Assembly (NCBI GenBank): GCA_965207445.1
Contig: CBDBLX010000002.1
Coordinates: forward strand, 1,207,849-1,271,848
Origin: Nitrosopumilus sp.
GTDB taxonomy: Archaea > Thermoproteota > Nitrososphaeria > Nitrososphaerales > Nitrosopumilaceae
DNA: 64,000 nt
Direction: 5' to 3'
Shown here: positions 41,642 through 53,122 of the stretch, one piece after another
How the letters are laid out: each line of letters starts with the position of its first letter
How positions within the stretch are numbered: the first letter of the stretch is position 1
The notes under the pieces: generated by a model
Seen by the model: only the letters and a program-made list of their open reading frames with translations
Told to the model about the DNA's origin: nothing
Databases searched by the model: none
Made by a program: the position numbers and the translations under genes

Positions 41642-41950
41642 TCAATTATATCTCAAAAACGCATCTTTAATTTGCCCTGATTTTTGTTCTACAATCTCAG
41701 TTATTTTTGTGTGTTCTTCTGCCAAAGGCTCACGGCCATATTTACTTTGAAATACAGATATGGCAGTACCGATCATCTGACCTACAAAGAATCCACACAT
41801 AAAATCCCCGACATTTTTGCATCCCCATACATCAGATGTTCTTTGAGCAGGCTTTGCCATTTGACAAATTTGCAACATCTGTTCTATATAATCATAAAGC
41901 CAATCTATAAAATCGGCACCCATAACATTTTTGTCTATGTTGTGTGACAA
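41642..41950 (-). CDS. Hypothetical protein following rpl6
   Basis: 102 aa ORF abutting the rpl6 stop. Confidence 0.7.
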   Translation of the reverse strand: MSHNIDKNVMGADFIDWLYDYIEQMLQICQMAKPAQRTSDVWGCKNVGDFMCGFFVGQMIGTAISVFQSKYGREPLAEEHTKITEIVEQKSGQIKDAFLRYN

Positions 41951-42508
41951 TTACTCTGAAATACCTTTTGATTTTTCATATATGTATATACCATCTAAAA
42001 ATACTCGATGATCTTTTCCCTTTACACGCGTTGCAAGTTCAATGTTTGCTGCTGTCTGTGTGACATCAGTCCACACAGCACCAGTTATTATAACATCGTC
42101 ACCCTTGGGCTCTACTTTTGTTGTGGCGCCTACAATACGCGTGACGCGTGCTGCTCTTTCACCCTGAAAATTTTCAATAAAGATATCAGTGCCCTTTACT
42201 TTAACAGTTACAGGAAAGTGTGCAAATACGATCTTCATCTTTATTGTATATCCCTTTATCAAACCTTCGCAGATATTTCTCAATAGTGAGCGAACAGCAT
42301 GCATTACAGCATAATCTCGTTTGCGCGGTCCTGCTGCCTTTAATAATATCTTACCATCTTCAATATCAATTCCGACTGCTATCTTTCTGAAACTTTTGAA
42401 TGTCTTGCCACGTGGGCCTATAAATCCCACCATGTGCTTTTTCTTGGTTACTGTAACACCATCTGGTATCACTATCACATCTTGCATCTTTTCAGGACTA
42501 GTAAACAT
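41951..42508 (-). CDS. rpl6: 50S ribosomal protein uL6
   Basis: AHFPVTV, ENFQGER, KDHRVFLDGIYIY. Confidence 0.97.
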   Translation of the reverse strand: MFTSPEKMQDVIVIPDGVTVTKKKHMVGFIGPRGKTFKSFRKIAVGIDIEDGKILLKAAGPRKRDYAVMHAVRSLLRNICEGLIKGYTIKMKIVFAHFPVTVKVKGTDIFIENFQGERAARVTRIVGATTKVEPKGDDVIITGAVWTDVTQTAANIELATRVKGKDHRVFLDGIYIYEKSKGISE

Positions 42509-42890
42509 ATCCGATCAAAAATCCTCCTATTCCCTTTTGTAGTGCATCGTGGTGTGACATGACACCTTGATTTGTGGTGACTAGTAACATTCCACGATTA
42601 TATGCTGGCAAATACTGTTGCTCCCACTTGTTAAACTCGTCTTTTCGTACCTTGAATCGTGGTGATATTGCACCGCATTTGTTGATCTTGGCCAACAGTT
42701 TGATCTGAAATTTACCGCCCCGCTTGTCATCAACACGCTCAAAGTCCTCAATATACTCTTCACGCTTTAGAGTCTCTAATACCTCAACTGCCAAATTTGA
42801 TGTAGGTAGTATGACACATTCACGCTTTCGACGGGCCTCATTATTGTACAACGTCACAAAAAGATTTGCAAGTATATTAGTCGCCGGCAT
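42498..42890 (-). CDS. rps8: 30S ribosomal protein uS8
   Basis: INKCGAISPRF, LLVTTNQGVMSH. Confidence 0.97.
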   Translation of the reverse strand: MPATNILANLFVTLYNNEARRKRECVILPTSNLAVEVLETLKREEYIEDFERVDDKRGGKFQIKLLAKINKCGAISPRFKVRKDEFNKWEQQYLPAYNRGMLLVTTNQGVMSHHDALQKGIGGFLIGYVY

Positions 42891-42904
42891 TTTCATATCT
42901 CCAT

Positions 42905-43084
42905 TTACATATTTTTCCTAAATCCTAAAGACGGTGCAACTTCTCTAAAGCATTGTCTGCACAACATCAAGTTGTACTTTTGTATAACACCTGTGTATGC
43001 ACCACATCTTTTGCACCATCTAGAACCGCGCCCAAAGTCGTGCTTTTTTCTCCCTGTAAATTCGTATGATCTATCTTTTGCCAT
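42905..43084 (-). CDS. rps14: 30S ribosomal protein uS14 (59 aa, missing from the ORF track)
   Basis: [12 protein letters not shown]...[12 protein letters not shown]...GFRK. Confidence 0.96.
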   Translation of the reverse strand: MAKDRSYEFTGRKKHDFGRGSRWCKRCGAYTGVIQKYNLMLCRQCFREVAPSLGFRKNM

Positions 43085-43977
43085 TATGTTGCTACCTCTA
43101 CTCCAAACTTTGAGACTATGAATCTTTTTGCGTCCTCGCGTGATATGACATGTGTATGTCCTATACTTGCTCTGTGTTTGCTTCGTTTACGTATGCTGTA
43201 TCCGGGCCGTGCAAGTGCAACTGATACTCCTAGGCCAAGTATTCCTATTTGTGGCTCATACTTGACACCTGGTATGTCAATATGCTCTCGTATTCCAAAT
43301 GAATAATTTCCAAAGTTATCAAATGAGCGACCATTCACGATATTTCCCTTTGCTTCTAATAGTCGCTTTAATAGTTCATGGGCTTTATTTCCTCTGACAG
43401 TGACAGAGACTCCTATTGGTTCACCCTTTCGCACACCCCAGTCTCTTTGACTATCTCGTGCATTACGTTGGCTTGGTCTGCTTCCTTGTGTAATCTGTTC
43501 TAGGGCTTTTTTTGCAATGTTTATTGACTCGCCTGATCTACCCATGCCCATATTCAAGACTATTTTTTCAAGGTATATCTTTTTCATTGGATTGTCATTA
43601 TTGTCATCATCTTTTTTGCTTTCTTGTTGTGTGTTTGGTTGTGATGCTGTTTCTACAGATTGGTCTGATTGGGGTGCTGACTCTGATACTTCTGACTCTG
43701 ATACTTCTGACTCTGATACTATCGCCGCATCATCAGATGTATCTTTTTGAGTCGTTGTATCTTTTACCTGTAATTCATCAGAATCATCACTAGCAGATGT
43801 ACTTTGCGTTTGCTTTGTAATGGATGCATTTATTGTTTGTAAATCCACATCGCATACATTTTTGACAGAGTCCTTCATCTGGGCACGTAATTGAGGTGTA
43901 GGACATTTTCCTAATGTAATGAGATCATCTGCACTTTTCAGATCTTGCTGTGCTGGTATATCTTGCTGCGTTGTCAT
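43084..43977 (-). CDS. rpl5: 50S ribosomal protein uL5 with about 128-aa acidic N-terminal extension
   Basis: [40 protein letters not shown] coupling to rps4e. Confidence 0.95.
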   Translation of the reverse strand: MTTQQDIPAQQDLKSADDLITLGKCPTPQLRAQMKDSVKNVCDVDLQTINASITKQTQSTSASDDSDELQVKDTTTQKDTSDDAAIVSESEVSESEVSESAPQSDQSVETASQPNTQQESKKDDDNNDNPMKKIYLEKIVLNMGMGRSGESINIAKKALEQITQGSRPSQRNARDSQRDWGVRKGEPIGVSVTVRGNKAHELLKRLLEAKGNIVNGRSFDNFGNYSFGIREHIDIPGVKYEPQIGILGLGVSVALARPGYSIRKRSKHRASIGHTHVISREDAKRFIVSKFGVEVAT

Positions 43978-44698
43978 TATACTCGTACCTCTATTACAGG
44001 TTTGTCCTTGCCTATTGTCATTATTATATCTGCAGGAATCTCTATTGTACGTTCATCTAATTCAAGCAAGACACGCTTTGGCAAATTAAATGTGCCTGGT
44101 GATATTGTTATTATCTTGCCAATACCTCCTGCATTTATTCCACGTGTGACTAGTGCCTGGGAGCCTTCCTCAAACTTTATCACATCAAGTATCTTTTGCT
44201 CTGGTACTTGTAAAAGGCAGGTGTCTCCAATCTTTACTGCAGTGTCAGTTATGATTGATCGTCCATCGTGGAATCCAACTTGCATTTTATTGTGAGATAT
44301 TGTGGTCTTTTTTGTGACTCTGACTAGTTTCTTGTTTCTCTCAGATGCGTCCTTGATCTTTATTGGTGCTAACAATTTACCTTTTATTGGAACTAGTCTA
44401 TATGCATCATCAACACCATCAAGCTCTATTATATCCATCAATCCAATGGCATGGTGCAAAGACTTGCGTACTATGCCATCTACCTTTATCTTTCCTGCAT
44501 ATATGGTCGCCTTTGCTTCACGTAGAGTCGTGACGATCTTTAACGTGTCGCGTAAAAACACCGCAGTTGGGATTGATACGTGTTTTCCGTGAGGACCGGG
44601 TTTTACAGTAACTACAAAGCGTTTGTCTTTGCGTGTAATGCCCCAGAAAAGTGGTGCCATTTGGCGCTTTAGTTTTTTGCTTCCTGATATACTGACCA

Positions 44699-44699
<1 letters not shown>
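43977..44699 (-). CDS. rps4e: 30S ribosomal protein eS4
   Basis: KLKRQMAPLFW, PGPHG, FHDGR. Confidence 0.97.
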
Positions 44700-45547
<848 letters not shown>

Positions 45548-45970
45548 TCATATCACCGTCGATGCCAAATTGGCTACTCTGGGCCACTTTTCAGTAGCCT
45601 CTGCTGCTACAGGTCCTTTGATATCCGTACCCTTTGTCTCACCTTCAGGTGTTATAAGAACTGCTGCATTATCCTCAAAACAGACTCGCACTCCATTTAA
45701 TCTACGTACTGCATACTTTTGTCGTATTATAACTGCCCCATACACTTGCTTTCTGAGCTCAGCCGGTCCCTTTTTCACCACCACATTACAAAAGTCACCT
45801 ACTGCTGCAGCAGGCAATCTAGATGCACGTGTCTTGTGACGTGGGACATTGATCACCTCTAATATCTTTGCTCCAGAGTTATCGGCACATACTATATTAG
45901 CACCAACTGGTATTGACCGCGTCACATATGGTCTGAACTCTTCTACACCCTTGCCAGCCTGTTTTGCCAT
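45548..45970 (-). CDS. rpl14: 50S ribosomal protein uL14
   Basis: CADNSGAK, FEDNAAV, KGPVAAEA. Confidence 0.97.
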   Translation of the reverse strand: MAKQAGKGVEEFRPYVTRSIPVGANIVCADNSGAKILEVINVPRHKTRASRLPAAAVGDFCNVVVKKGPAELRKQVYGAVIIRQKYAVRRLNGVRVCFEDNAAVLITPEGETKGTDIKGPVAAEATEKWPRVANLASTVI

Positions 45971-46323
45971 TATTTGCGTCGAACCTCCACTATAACATAA
46001 GAGACAGTCTTTGATATTGGTCTGCATTCTGCTGCAATAACTCTATCACCATTATTCACCTCGATGCATTCTGGCACGTGAGCATGTATTGTACTCTTAC
46101 CTCTAGCATATCGCTTGAACTTGCCAAAGTATATTGGAACATACTTTTGTAATGTTGCAGTCTGTTTTGCTTTGGAACCTGTCACCGTACCATCAAATAA
46201 CTTGCCACGTACGGGAAGTTTACCGCAGTATGGACAATTCTTATCGGTACATGTTTCTTTTGGAGGAACTAGTACAATACCGATGTTGTCACGACGTTTC
46301 AGTTCTACACTTTTTGCTACCAT
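45970..46323 (-). CDS. rps17: 30S ribosomal protein uS17
   Basis: DKNCPYCG, AECRPISKT. Confidence 0.96.
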   Translation of the reverse strand: MVAKSVELKRRDNIGIVLVPPKETCTDKNCPYCGKLPVRGKLFDGTVTGSKAKQTATLQKYVPIYFGKFKRYARGKSTIHAHVPECIEVNNGDRVIAAECRPISKTVSYVIVEVRRK

Positions 46324-46649
46324 TATATCATCACCCTCTCAAATGGCCTTTGCATTATATCATCACCATATATACTACCAACCTCAACTAGTGTTTTACC
46401 CTCCTCCATGTGTAATACCTGCAATCGTGTTTTATGTTTTGGTATCTGTTTTGTAATACCTTGTTTGGTGACAATTGTAATCATGTGCTTTGACTCGTAT
46501 ATGACCTTGCCACTCTGATTTATCAAACTATGGTTTGATGCATCAAGAACAACTACATGCATGCCGATCAACTCACATACATCTGTACATTTAGTAATAG
46601 ATCTCTCCATACTTTTATCATCATCATCTGTGTTTTGTAGTTGTATCAT
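46323..46649 (-). CDS. rnp1: RNase P protein component 1 (Rpp29)
   Basis: ELIGMHV, GKVIYESK, IPK, RPFER; lies between L29 and S17. Confidence 0.88.
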   Translation of the reverse strand: MIQLQNTDDDDKSMERSITKCTDVCELIGMHVVVLDASNHSLINQSGKVIYESKHMITIVTKQGITKQIPKHKTRLQVLHMEEGKTLVEVGSIYGDDIMQRPFERVMI

Positions 46650-46888
46650 TTCTTACTCCTCTTTTCTTCAATTTGTTTGGCATATGCTTCTAATACAAGC
46701 TCAGAGAGTCTCGTCTCCATGCGTGCAATGTTGCGTCGTATTGGTCTGAGTCTGCCACTCTCTTTTTTGAGTGTGCCCTTTGCACCCACTGCTCTTAATT
46801 TTGCAAGCTCACTGCGCGACTCGCGTATCTTTTTTTGCAAATCGTCTTGTGAATAACTCCTAATCGTATTCATATATTTTTTACTCAT
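46646..46888 (-). CDS. rpl29: 50S ribosomal protein uL29
   Basis: [10 protein letters not shown]; operon position. Confidence 0.93.
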   Translation of the reverse strand: MSKKYMNTIRSYSQDDLQKKIRESRSELAKLRAVGAKGTLKKESGRLRPIRRNIARMETRLSELVLEAYAKQIEEKRSKK

Positions 46889-47718
46889 TTCAGCGATGCC
46901 TCCTCTTCTTCCATACTGTCTAGTTGCTTTATGTGTTCTTCCTCCATTTTAATGTGCTCTGATTCTGTAGTGACGCCTTTTGTCTCTTTTATAGATTCAT
47001 CATCAATCACAATACCTTGATCTACATCCTCCTGCTCATTTGCATTATGTCCATCCACTTTATCTGATAATTTTTTCTCTTTTCTCTTTTTGTCATCCCT
47101 TGCCTCTTTGTTCTTTTCACGGTCTGTAATTGAGCGCATCTCAAACTCTGGAGGACTTCTATCCTTGTGTGCAATTCTAATACGAATTCCAATAAGTCCC
47201 ATGGGTGTATTGACATGTGCTATATCTTCATCAACTATAATCTCCGCATGGTGCCCTGCACGTGGCAAGACTCCTGCTGTATGCTTTTCAAATGCAGATC
47301 TGTCACCGCGGAGTTTTCCTGATACTGTAATTTGTACACCCATCGCACCATTCTCCATTACTTGATTCAATGTCCACATTGTAGCACGTCGAAATGCTGT
47401 TCCGCGCTCCAAGTGTGCTGCCATTCTATTGCACATCACATTAGGGGATAATTCGGGTGTTGTAATCTCTACTACTGATATCTGTGGGTTTTTTAATCCA
47501 AAGTCTGACTCTAATTTCTCAGTCAACTCACGGATTCCTGTACCTTTTCTGCCAATTACTATACCTGGTCGTGTAACATGCAAACCTATACGAGTACCTG
47601 TAGGTGTCTTTGATATCTCAGCATGTGAAAATCCTGCCTCTTTGATTGACTCTTTAAGATACTCGTGCAAGAGCATCATGTTATAGTTGTCTTTGATTAC
47701 ATTTTTAATTGCTGACAT
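46885..47718 (-). CDS. rps3: 30S ribosomal protein uS3 with charged C-terminal tail
   Basis: [25 protein letters not shown]. Confidence 0.97.
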   Translation of the reverse strand: MSAIKNVIKDNYNMMLLHEYLKESIKEAGFSHAEISKTPTGTRIGLHVTRPGIVIGRKGTGIRELTEKLESDFGLKNPQISVVEITTPELSPNVMCNRMAAHLERGTAFRRATMWTLNQVMENGAMGVQITVSGKLRGDRSAFEKHTAGVLPRAGHHAEIIVDEDIAHVNTPMGLIGIRIRIAHKDRSPPEFEMRSITDREKNKEARDDKKRKEKKLSDKVDGHNANEQEDVDQGIVIDDESIKETKGVTTESEHIKMEEEHIKQLDSMEEEEASLK

Positions 47719-47720
47719 AC

Positions 47721-48188
47721 TTACACCTCTACTGCAACCAATTCCAAGTGAGCCAATGCATTGTTATTTGGTGTAGCAGTTCCTCGTGCTCGCGGTATTA
47801 TTCTCTTAATTATGGTACCTTTATGAACAGTTGCATTAATTATCTTGAGACGATCAACATCAAAGCCTTGATATCCTGCATTTGCCTCTAAATTGTCCAA
47901 TGTTTTGATAAACTCACGTGCAGTCTTTTGCGGATAGCGTCCTGCCATCATACCTGGGTCTGAGCGATGACCTACTTGTCCTTTGTATCTACCAAATGCT
48001 ACTGCACGTTTTTTGTCAACTACTGCCAAAAGATAATCACGAGCTGCCTCTACACGTAACCCTAGTATGGCCTTTGCAACCTCGCGGGCATGTTTGTGTG
48101 ACATGTTGCATTCTCTCAATGATGCACGTACATGCTTTGTACTATCAAATCCTTGAAATGCATATCCATGTCTTGCCATCATCATCAC
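47721..48188 (-). CDS. rpl22: 50S ribosomal protein uL22
   Basis: [19 protein letters not shown]; exact start Met uncertain (MMMM). Confidence 0.96.
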   Translation of the reverse strand: MMMMARHGYAFQGFDSTKHVRASLRECNMSHKHAREVAKAILGLRVEAARDYLLAVVDKKRAVAFGRYKGQVGHRSDPGMMAGRYPQKTAREFIKTLDNLEANAGYQGFDVDRLKIINATVHKGTIIKRIIPRARGTATPNNNALAHLELVAVEV

Positions 48189-48583
48189 TACTTTAATGGC
48201 ACATATAGACTAGACCTCGAAGCACCTACACCTGGTGCTCCATGAGAGACTTTTTTATTGGTAATTACATATTCACCCAAGTAATGCCCGATCATCTCTG
48301 ATCTTATTACAATGGGTACAAATTCTTTGCCAGAAAATACATGAACAGTTGTACCGACCATAGTCGGTAGTATAATTAAATCACGCAGATGTGTCTTTAT
48401 TGGGTTAGTTGTCTTGCCCTCTTTTGCAGATTTGATCTCTGCGATGAGTTTACGTTTTCCATCTGTAATGCCGCGTGTAAGTGAGCGTCTCTGTCTAGAG
48501 TTCAACAACCCAAAGATACGCTCAAGTGATGCAGACTCTAGTTCTGGTTGCGCAATACCTCTATAGTTAAACTCTTTTACCAT
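48188..48583 (-). CDS. rps19: 30S ribosomal protein uS19
   Basis: KEFNYRG, KTHLRD, EMIGHYLGE, HGAPGVGASRSS. Confidence 0.97.
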   Translation of the reverse strand: MVKEFNYRGIAQPELESASLERIFGLLNSRQRRSLTRGITDGKRKLIAEIKSAKEGKTTNPIKTHLRDLIILPTMVGTTVHVFSGKEFVPIVIRSEMIGHYLGEYVITNKKVSHGAPGVGASRSSLYVPLK

Positions 48584-48809
48584 TGCGTGGCACCTCTTTG
48601 AGTATTCGTATATGAAAACATCTGCATCATGCGTGGCGTGCATAATTCGTGGTTATTATATGTGGTGAAATTGTACTTTTGTGCAACGTCTAATATAATA
48701 TGCATATATGGATTTTGATGTAATGTGTGAGATGCGTCTTTTATCTTGTATGTGTGTGCGGGATTGTCACATGTGGCACTCAATTGTATCACACTCAATT
48801 GTATCTCAC

Positions 48810-49121
48810 TCAAATCATACCCACATCCGTTGCAAGGTCCCTTGCATGCTCTGCATTATCAAATTTAACAAATGCCTTTTTGCCATATATTGTTCTAGTT
48901 GTGTTTATACGTATTACGTTTTTACCATATAAGACTTTGATTGCTTTTGCAATGTCACGTTTTGATGCAGTTCTCTCAACAAGAAAACATATGACTGCAT
49001 TAGTTTCGACCATTGAGAATGTGCGTTCTGTCACATATGGTCGAATTACTATTCGAGCAGCTGTATCTGCATCCATATTTGGGGATTTGTCATGTGGTGA
49101 TAATTGTGAGCCGAGTCTCAT
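48810..49121 (-). CDS. rpl23: 50S ribosomal protein uL23
   Basis: RPYVTE, GKKAFVK. Confidence 0.95.
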   Translation of the reverse strand: MRLGSQLSPHDKSPNMDADTAARIVIRPYVTERTFSMVETNAVICFLVERTASKRDIAKAIKVLYGKNVIRINTTRTIYGKKAFVKFDNAEHARDLATDVGMI

Positions 49122-50341
49122 TGTGCGCGCACCTCTGGTGTAATTATGGTTTGCAGATGTGTAGACTTTATTTTGTCTAACTGTGCGATGGCAGATTCAG
49201 TATATATGGTCAATCTTGCAGCAGTGGCACCGGGTGCCAAGTCTAGTACACTTAGTTCTGATACTGCCTTTGCATCAACGCCTGGCAATGAACCTATGGC
49301 ATTTTTTAGATCTGCTGCATGGTCGTGTATGACAAACAGTATGCTCTTTCCGGCCTTTTTTGAGCGTCCACGAAGTGATGGTCTACCTGAGCGTGCCTTG
49401 CGACCATATAGTCGGTTTACATCTTGCATCAAGTTTAGACGCTCTAGTAATAATACTACATTGCGTGTTGTCGTATAATTTGCAATATTATCATTCACAA
49501 CGATTGGAAACTTTTGGCCGTACTGTGCAGTGTATGAGTTGATCTTATGCCCGCGTGAGGAGATCAAATACTCTGATGCAGTAGATGCAACAGCAGAACA
49601 TAGTGCCAATCTCTTTTCCTTTTTGTTTATCTGTTTGTAAATTACCTTTTGTGATGTGGGTGGGTGTGCTTGGCGTCCACCTCTAGTTGATGCGACCTCT
49701 GCACCTTCTCCTCTACGACGTCCACCACCACCTGTAGCACGCGCAACTCTAGATATCCCTCTACCTGTGGGTGGGTCATTGGAGTCTGCAACTACATCCA
49801 TTCCGGCAGTCGGGTGTCTGCCTTGTGGTTGGAACGAGTGTGACTCTAAGTTAACATATACTTTATGAATTAGATCTGGCCTGTATGGAGTGCTAAATAT
49901 GAGTGGAAGATCAACTGATATTACAGCAGAGTTGTCTTGTACAATGGTGTCAGGTGTGTCATCGTCTTTTTTGTTGCTGTACTCTTTATCATCATCATCA
50001 TCATCATCACCGCCATCATCATAATTATCATCATCATCACCGCCATCATTTGTGATATACTCAGGCTTTGTCGTGTTCTCATCTTTGTCGTATACTGTAC
50101 TATGGACAGTATCATCTGATGTATCCTCTAGTATATCTATCTCTGGTCTCTTATCAAGTGACACATCAGCAAGTATATCTACAGAATTAAGATTGTTTTG
50201 CGTATCGCTACTTTGTGTACTATCTGAGCCCTCACTGTGTTGAGTGTTACTATTACCATCATCATCATCATAATTTGTGACATGCTCAGGCTTTGTCGTG
50301 TTCTCATCTTTGTTACTATTATTATCCCCATCATCTGCCAT
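49118..50341 (-). CDS. rpl4: 50S ribosomal protein uL4 with about 140-aa acidic N-terminal region
   Basis: FSTPYRPDLI, TGRGISRVAR, GGRQAHPP, LDLAPG; TAATG coupling to rpl3. Confidence 0.95.
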   Translation of the reverse strand: MADDGDNNSNKDENTTKPEHVTNYDDDDGNSNTQHSEGSDSTQSSDTQNNLNSVDILADVSLDKRPEIDILEDTSDDTVHSTVYDKDENTTKPEYITNDGGDDDDNYDDGGDDDDDDDKEYSNKKDDDTPDTIVQDNSAVISVDLPLIFSTPYRPDLIHKVYVNLESHSFQPQGRHPTAGMDVVADSNDPPTGRGISRVARATGGGGRRRGEGAEVASTRGGRQAHPPTSQKVIYKQINKKEKRLALCSAVASTASEYLISSRGHKINSYTAQYGQKFPIVVNDNIANYTTTRNVVLLLERLNLMQDVNRLYGRKARSGRPSLRGRSKKAGKSILFVIHDHAADLKNAIGSLPGVDAKAVSELSVLDLAPGATAARLTIYTESAIAQLDKIKSTHLQTIITPEVRAQ

Positions 50342-51381
50342 TATACAACAACCTCCAGTATGTTTGGCTTTGAGACCTTTGCAGGTTTGTTTCTAATCTG
50401 ACTTCTCAACTTTACTAGTCTACGATATGTGCCAGGAATAGATCCTTTTAGTATAATATACTCGCCCTTTACTAGTCCAAAGTGCTTGTATCCGCCTGCA
50501 GGATTGATTCCACCTTTGCTATTTTGGTTATCACTATTTTTATGATCATCATTTAAATCATCTGTTGTATTTCCTATGACCATTATCCGTTTGTCATATT
50601 CTATTCTTTGATGAAATCCAAACTGTCCTGCTCTTGGAACAGTATACATGACACTTTGCGGTGATATTGGACCTAGTGAACCGACCTCACGAACAGTCTT
50701 TCTTGACTTGTGTTGTTTCTTTTTGACATTCCATCTCTTTAGAACACCTTGCCATCCCTTGCCCTTTGTGATTGCTGCAACATCAACACTACTACCAGTA
50801 TCAAATGTATCTGATATACTAATCTGTTTGCCAAGGTTACTTTTTAGATACTCAAACTGACTCTTTATGTCTCCTCCACCAACAGCACTCTCAAACACAT
50901 ATGGCTTTTTTTGATCCAGTCCTGCTTGTCTTGGAGATACTGCTAGTATTGCGTATAACTCTACTATCTTATTTAGCGACTTTTCTGCATCATCAATTGC
51001 ACTCTCATCACGGTTTTTGAGTTTGATTACTTTGGACATATTTCGTGGAATGTCATCTGTATAAACATCAAATGCAGCATACCTGCCAATTGAGACATCT
51101 TTTGCATATCCGCGTATACCTAGTACTAGCACTGGTGGTGTTGCAAGTACCGTACCTAGACTTACTAGTTGTTTTCCTGCATTTGGTACCTTTTCTCTAT
51201 CATCAATACTTACAACTTGCACACATCCGGCTTTGAATCCACAATGCGCTAGTATGTGTGGCTCATCGGACTCATCAGTTGTAGGCCATGCCCTAATACG
51301 AGCCTCCATGCTTTTAGCACGTATGCGAGGTGAGTATGCCAAACTTCCTCTACGCGGTGAGTGTCTCTTTCTTGCTCCCAT
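50341..51381 (-). CDS. rpl3: 50S ribosomal protein uL3
   Basis: PRRGSLAYSPR, GFKAG, TKGKGWQG, GFHQR, INPAGGYKHFG. Confidence 0.98.
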   Translation of the reverse strand: MGARKRHSPRRGSLAYSPRIRAKSMEARIRAWPTTDESDEPHILAHCGFKAGCVQVVSIDDREKVPNAGKQLVSLGTVLATPPVLVLGIRGYAKDVSIGRYAAFDVYTDDIPRNMSKVIKLKNRDESAIDDAEKSLNKIVELYAILAVSPRQAGLDQKKPYVFESAVGGGDIKSQFEYLKSNLGKQISISDTFDTGSSVDVAAITKGKGWQGVLKRWNVKKKQHKSRKTVREVGSLGPISPQSVMYTVPRAGQFGFHQRIEYDKRIMVIGNTTDDLNDDHKNSDNQNSKGGINPAGGYKHFGLVKGEYIILKGSIPGTYRRLVKLRSQIRNKPAKVSKPNILEVVV

Positions 51382-51405
51382 GTGCCCTGCGTGGATTCCG
51401 GACCC

Positions 51406-51420
51406 CTTTTAAACCCTTTT
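51406..51420 (-). promoter_or_regulatory. Archaeal BRE/TATA promoter of the ribosomal operon
   Basis: Minus-strand aaaagggTTTAAAAG about 25 bp upstream of the rpl3 ATG. Confidence 0.6.
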
Positions 51421-51530
51421 ACAATGTGGTTAACCATAATATTTTTACTAGTTAACATAAATAATAATACATATTAATATAATTGAATGTATTTTTGACA
51501 TTAACATATATATCACTATTATTATTTCCA

Positions 51531-51600
51531 CAACAACCCATGACACCTCTGCAACAACCCATGACACCTCTGCAACAACCCATGACACCTCTGCAACAAC
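51531..51600. repeat. 21-bp perfect tandem repeat, 3.3 copies
   Basis: caacaacccatgacacctctg at 51531, 51552 and 51573, plus a partial copy. Confidence 0.95.
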
Positions 51601-51630
51601 ACATTGTACATCTACTATCCTATGATTAGA

Positions 51631-52530
51631 ATGACTCAGCAAAACAGATTAAATCATAAAAAGAGAAAAACACTAGGCCAGCACTTTTTGATATCTAGTG
51701 ATGTTGCACGACGTATTGTGTCTGCTGCCAATTTAAAAAATACTGAAACTGTATTTGAGCTTGGAACTGGCTATGGTATACTTACAGCATTACTGCCCCA
51801 AAGAGCAAAGTATGTGATATCAGTCGACATTGATCCTACCCTTGTAAATCATGTAAAAAATATCCTTGTAAAGTTTAAGAATTTACAACTTTTATGTAAT
51901 AATGGATTTGACGCAATACAGACTAATTATTTTGATCATTTAAACCCTGATACAATAAGACCTACTTGCTGTGATGTGTTCGTCTCTAATCTTCCTTACT
52001 CTCGTAGTCGATGTGCAATAGAGCACCTAGCATCTGCTAACTTTGGACGTTGCATAATAATGATTCAAAAAGAGTTTGCATCCAAACTTTTTGCTGACAT
52101 ATCATCTGTTAATCTTAATAGTGTAAATAGACGCGCAATAAGCATAATTGCACAATACTGTTTTGATATGCGTGTTGTTATGAGTGTCTCTGCTAGATGC
52201 TTTAAACCGCCTCCAAAGGTTGATTCTGTAGTTGTAACATTGATAAGAAAAAATAAACTAAGTCGCCATCAAATACAGATGATCAATAAACTGTTCTCTT
52301 ATAGAAGAAAATACATCTCAACTATTTTACGTATTATTCATGATGAGCACATCGACAATTTGAATTATCAAACAAGTGATCAAAAAAAATCTATCTCAAC
52401 TAATGCCGTTTTGAAATCTTTTGTTTCTGACATGCTAGACAAAAATATTGACATGTTAAGACTCGATGATCTTGCATCAGATGATGTGGTTCAACTAGCA
52501 AATGCTTTGTTGTTACATACACATCAATAG
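51631..52530 (+). CDS. ksgA: 16S rRNA dimethyladenosine transferase KsgA/Dim1
   Basis: LGQHFL, ELGTGYG, VSNLPY, QKEFA, FKPPPKVDS; start approximate. Confidence 0.95.
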   Translation: MTQQNRLNHKKRKTLGQHFLISSDVARRIVSAANLKNTETVFELGTGYGILTALLPQRAKYVISVDIDPTLVNHVKNILVKFKNLQLLCNNGFDAIQTNYFDHLNPDTIRPTCCDVFVSNLPYSRSRCAIEHLASANFGRCIIMIQKEFASKLFADISSVNLNSVNRRAISIIAQYCFDMRVVMSVSARCFKPPPKVDSVVVTLIRKNKLSRHQIQMINKLFSYRRKYISTILRIIHDEHIDNLNYQTSDQKKSISTNAVLKSFVSDMLDKNIDMLRLDDLASDDVVQLANALLLHTHQ

Positions 52531-52544
52531 TCTACAACGTGCTT

Positions 52545-53030
52545 AATTTCAATGATCTTGTTTTTAATTATATAGTGTGGCACATTTATCATGGCAAGTA
52601 ACTGCCATGCTCTAATTTCTATAAAGCAGTCTTTTGATCAATCCGGCAATTGAATCCATAAATCATCTGTTGTGAATAATTTTCCACCATAGTCGTCGGA
52701 TGCCGCGGCTTGTTTTATGATCAGGACAAATCTTTCGTGTCGGCCCGTAGAGTTCCTCATTACATACCATGAGACGGCATTCCTCGGCCATAGCGATGCT
52801 CCTCTATGGACTTTTTTTATGTCAATGGTCTTTACTGCCAGTATCAGGTATATGCTCCCCGATGCTGACTGCGCATTGATTATGGTGACAGAAAAACTCG
52901 CGATCAAACAGTACGAGGCGCGCATGTACCTTGTAGTCGCGCAGAATCTGTACAAATTTACACACGAAATCAACGTCAGATGTGTCACGCGTAACTGTGG
53001 CGCAGCCAAGTACTATGTTCACGTTACTTT
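52545..53030 (-). mobile_element. ISH3-like transposase remnant
   Basis: LVLFDREFF motif; 3' part shared with 29790-30132. Confidence 0.6.
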
Positions 53031-53122
53031 GGTCTCTACTGCATCACTCTAATTCTATAGTTTTATAATATAACAATATAATATTCACATTACTTATAAC
53101 CAATTCAACTTGAAAAAACTTA

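Noticed and set aside
48584..48809. Absence of rpl2 between rpl23 and rps19
   Set aside because: As I recall, uL2 is encoded elsewhere in Thaumarchaeota, so this is not treated as gene loss.
51531..51600. Possible CRISPR array
   Set aside because: The units are contiguous with no spacers and there are no cas genes; MITE-A repeats are dispersed, not arrayed.
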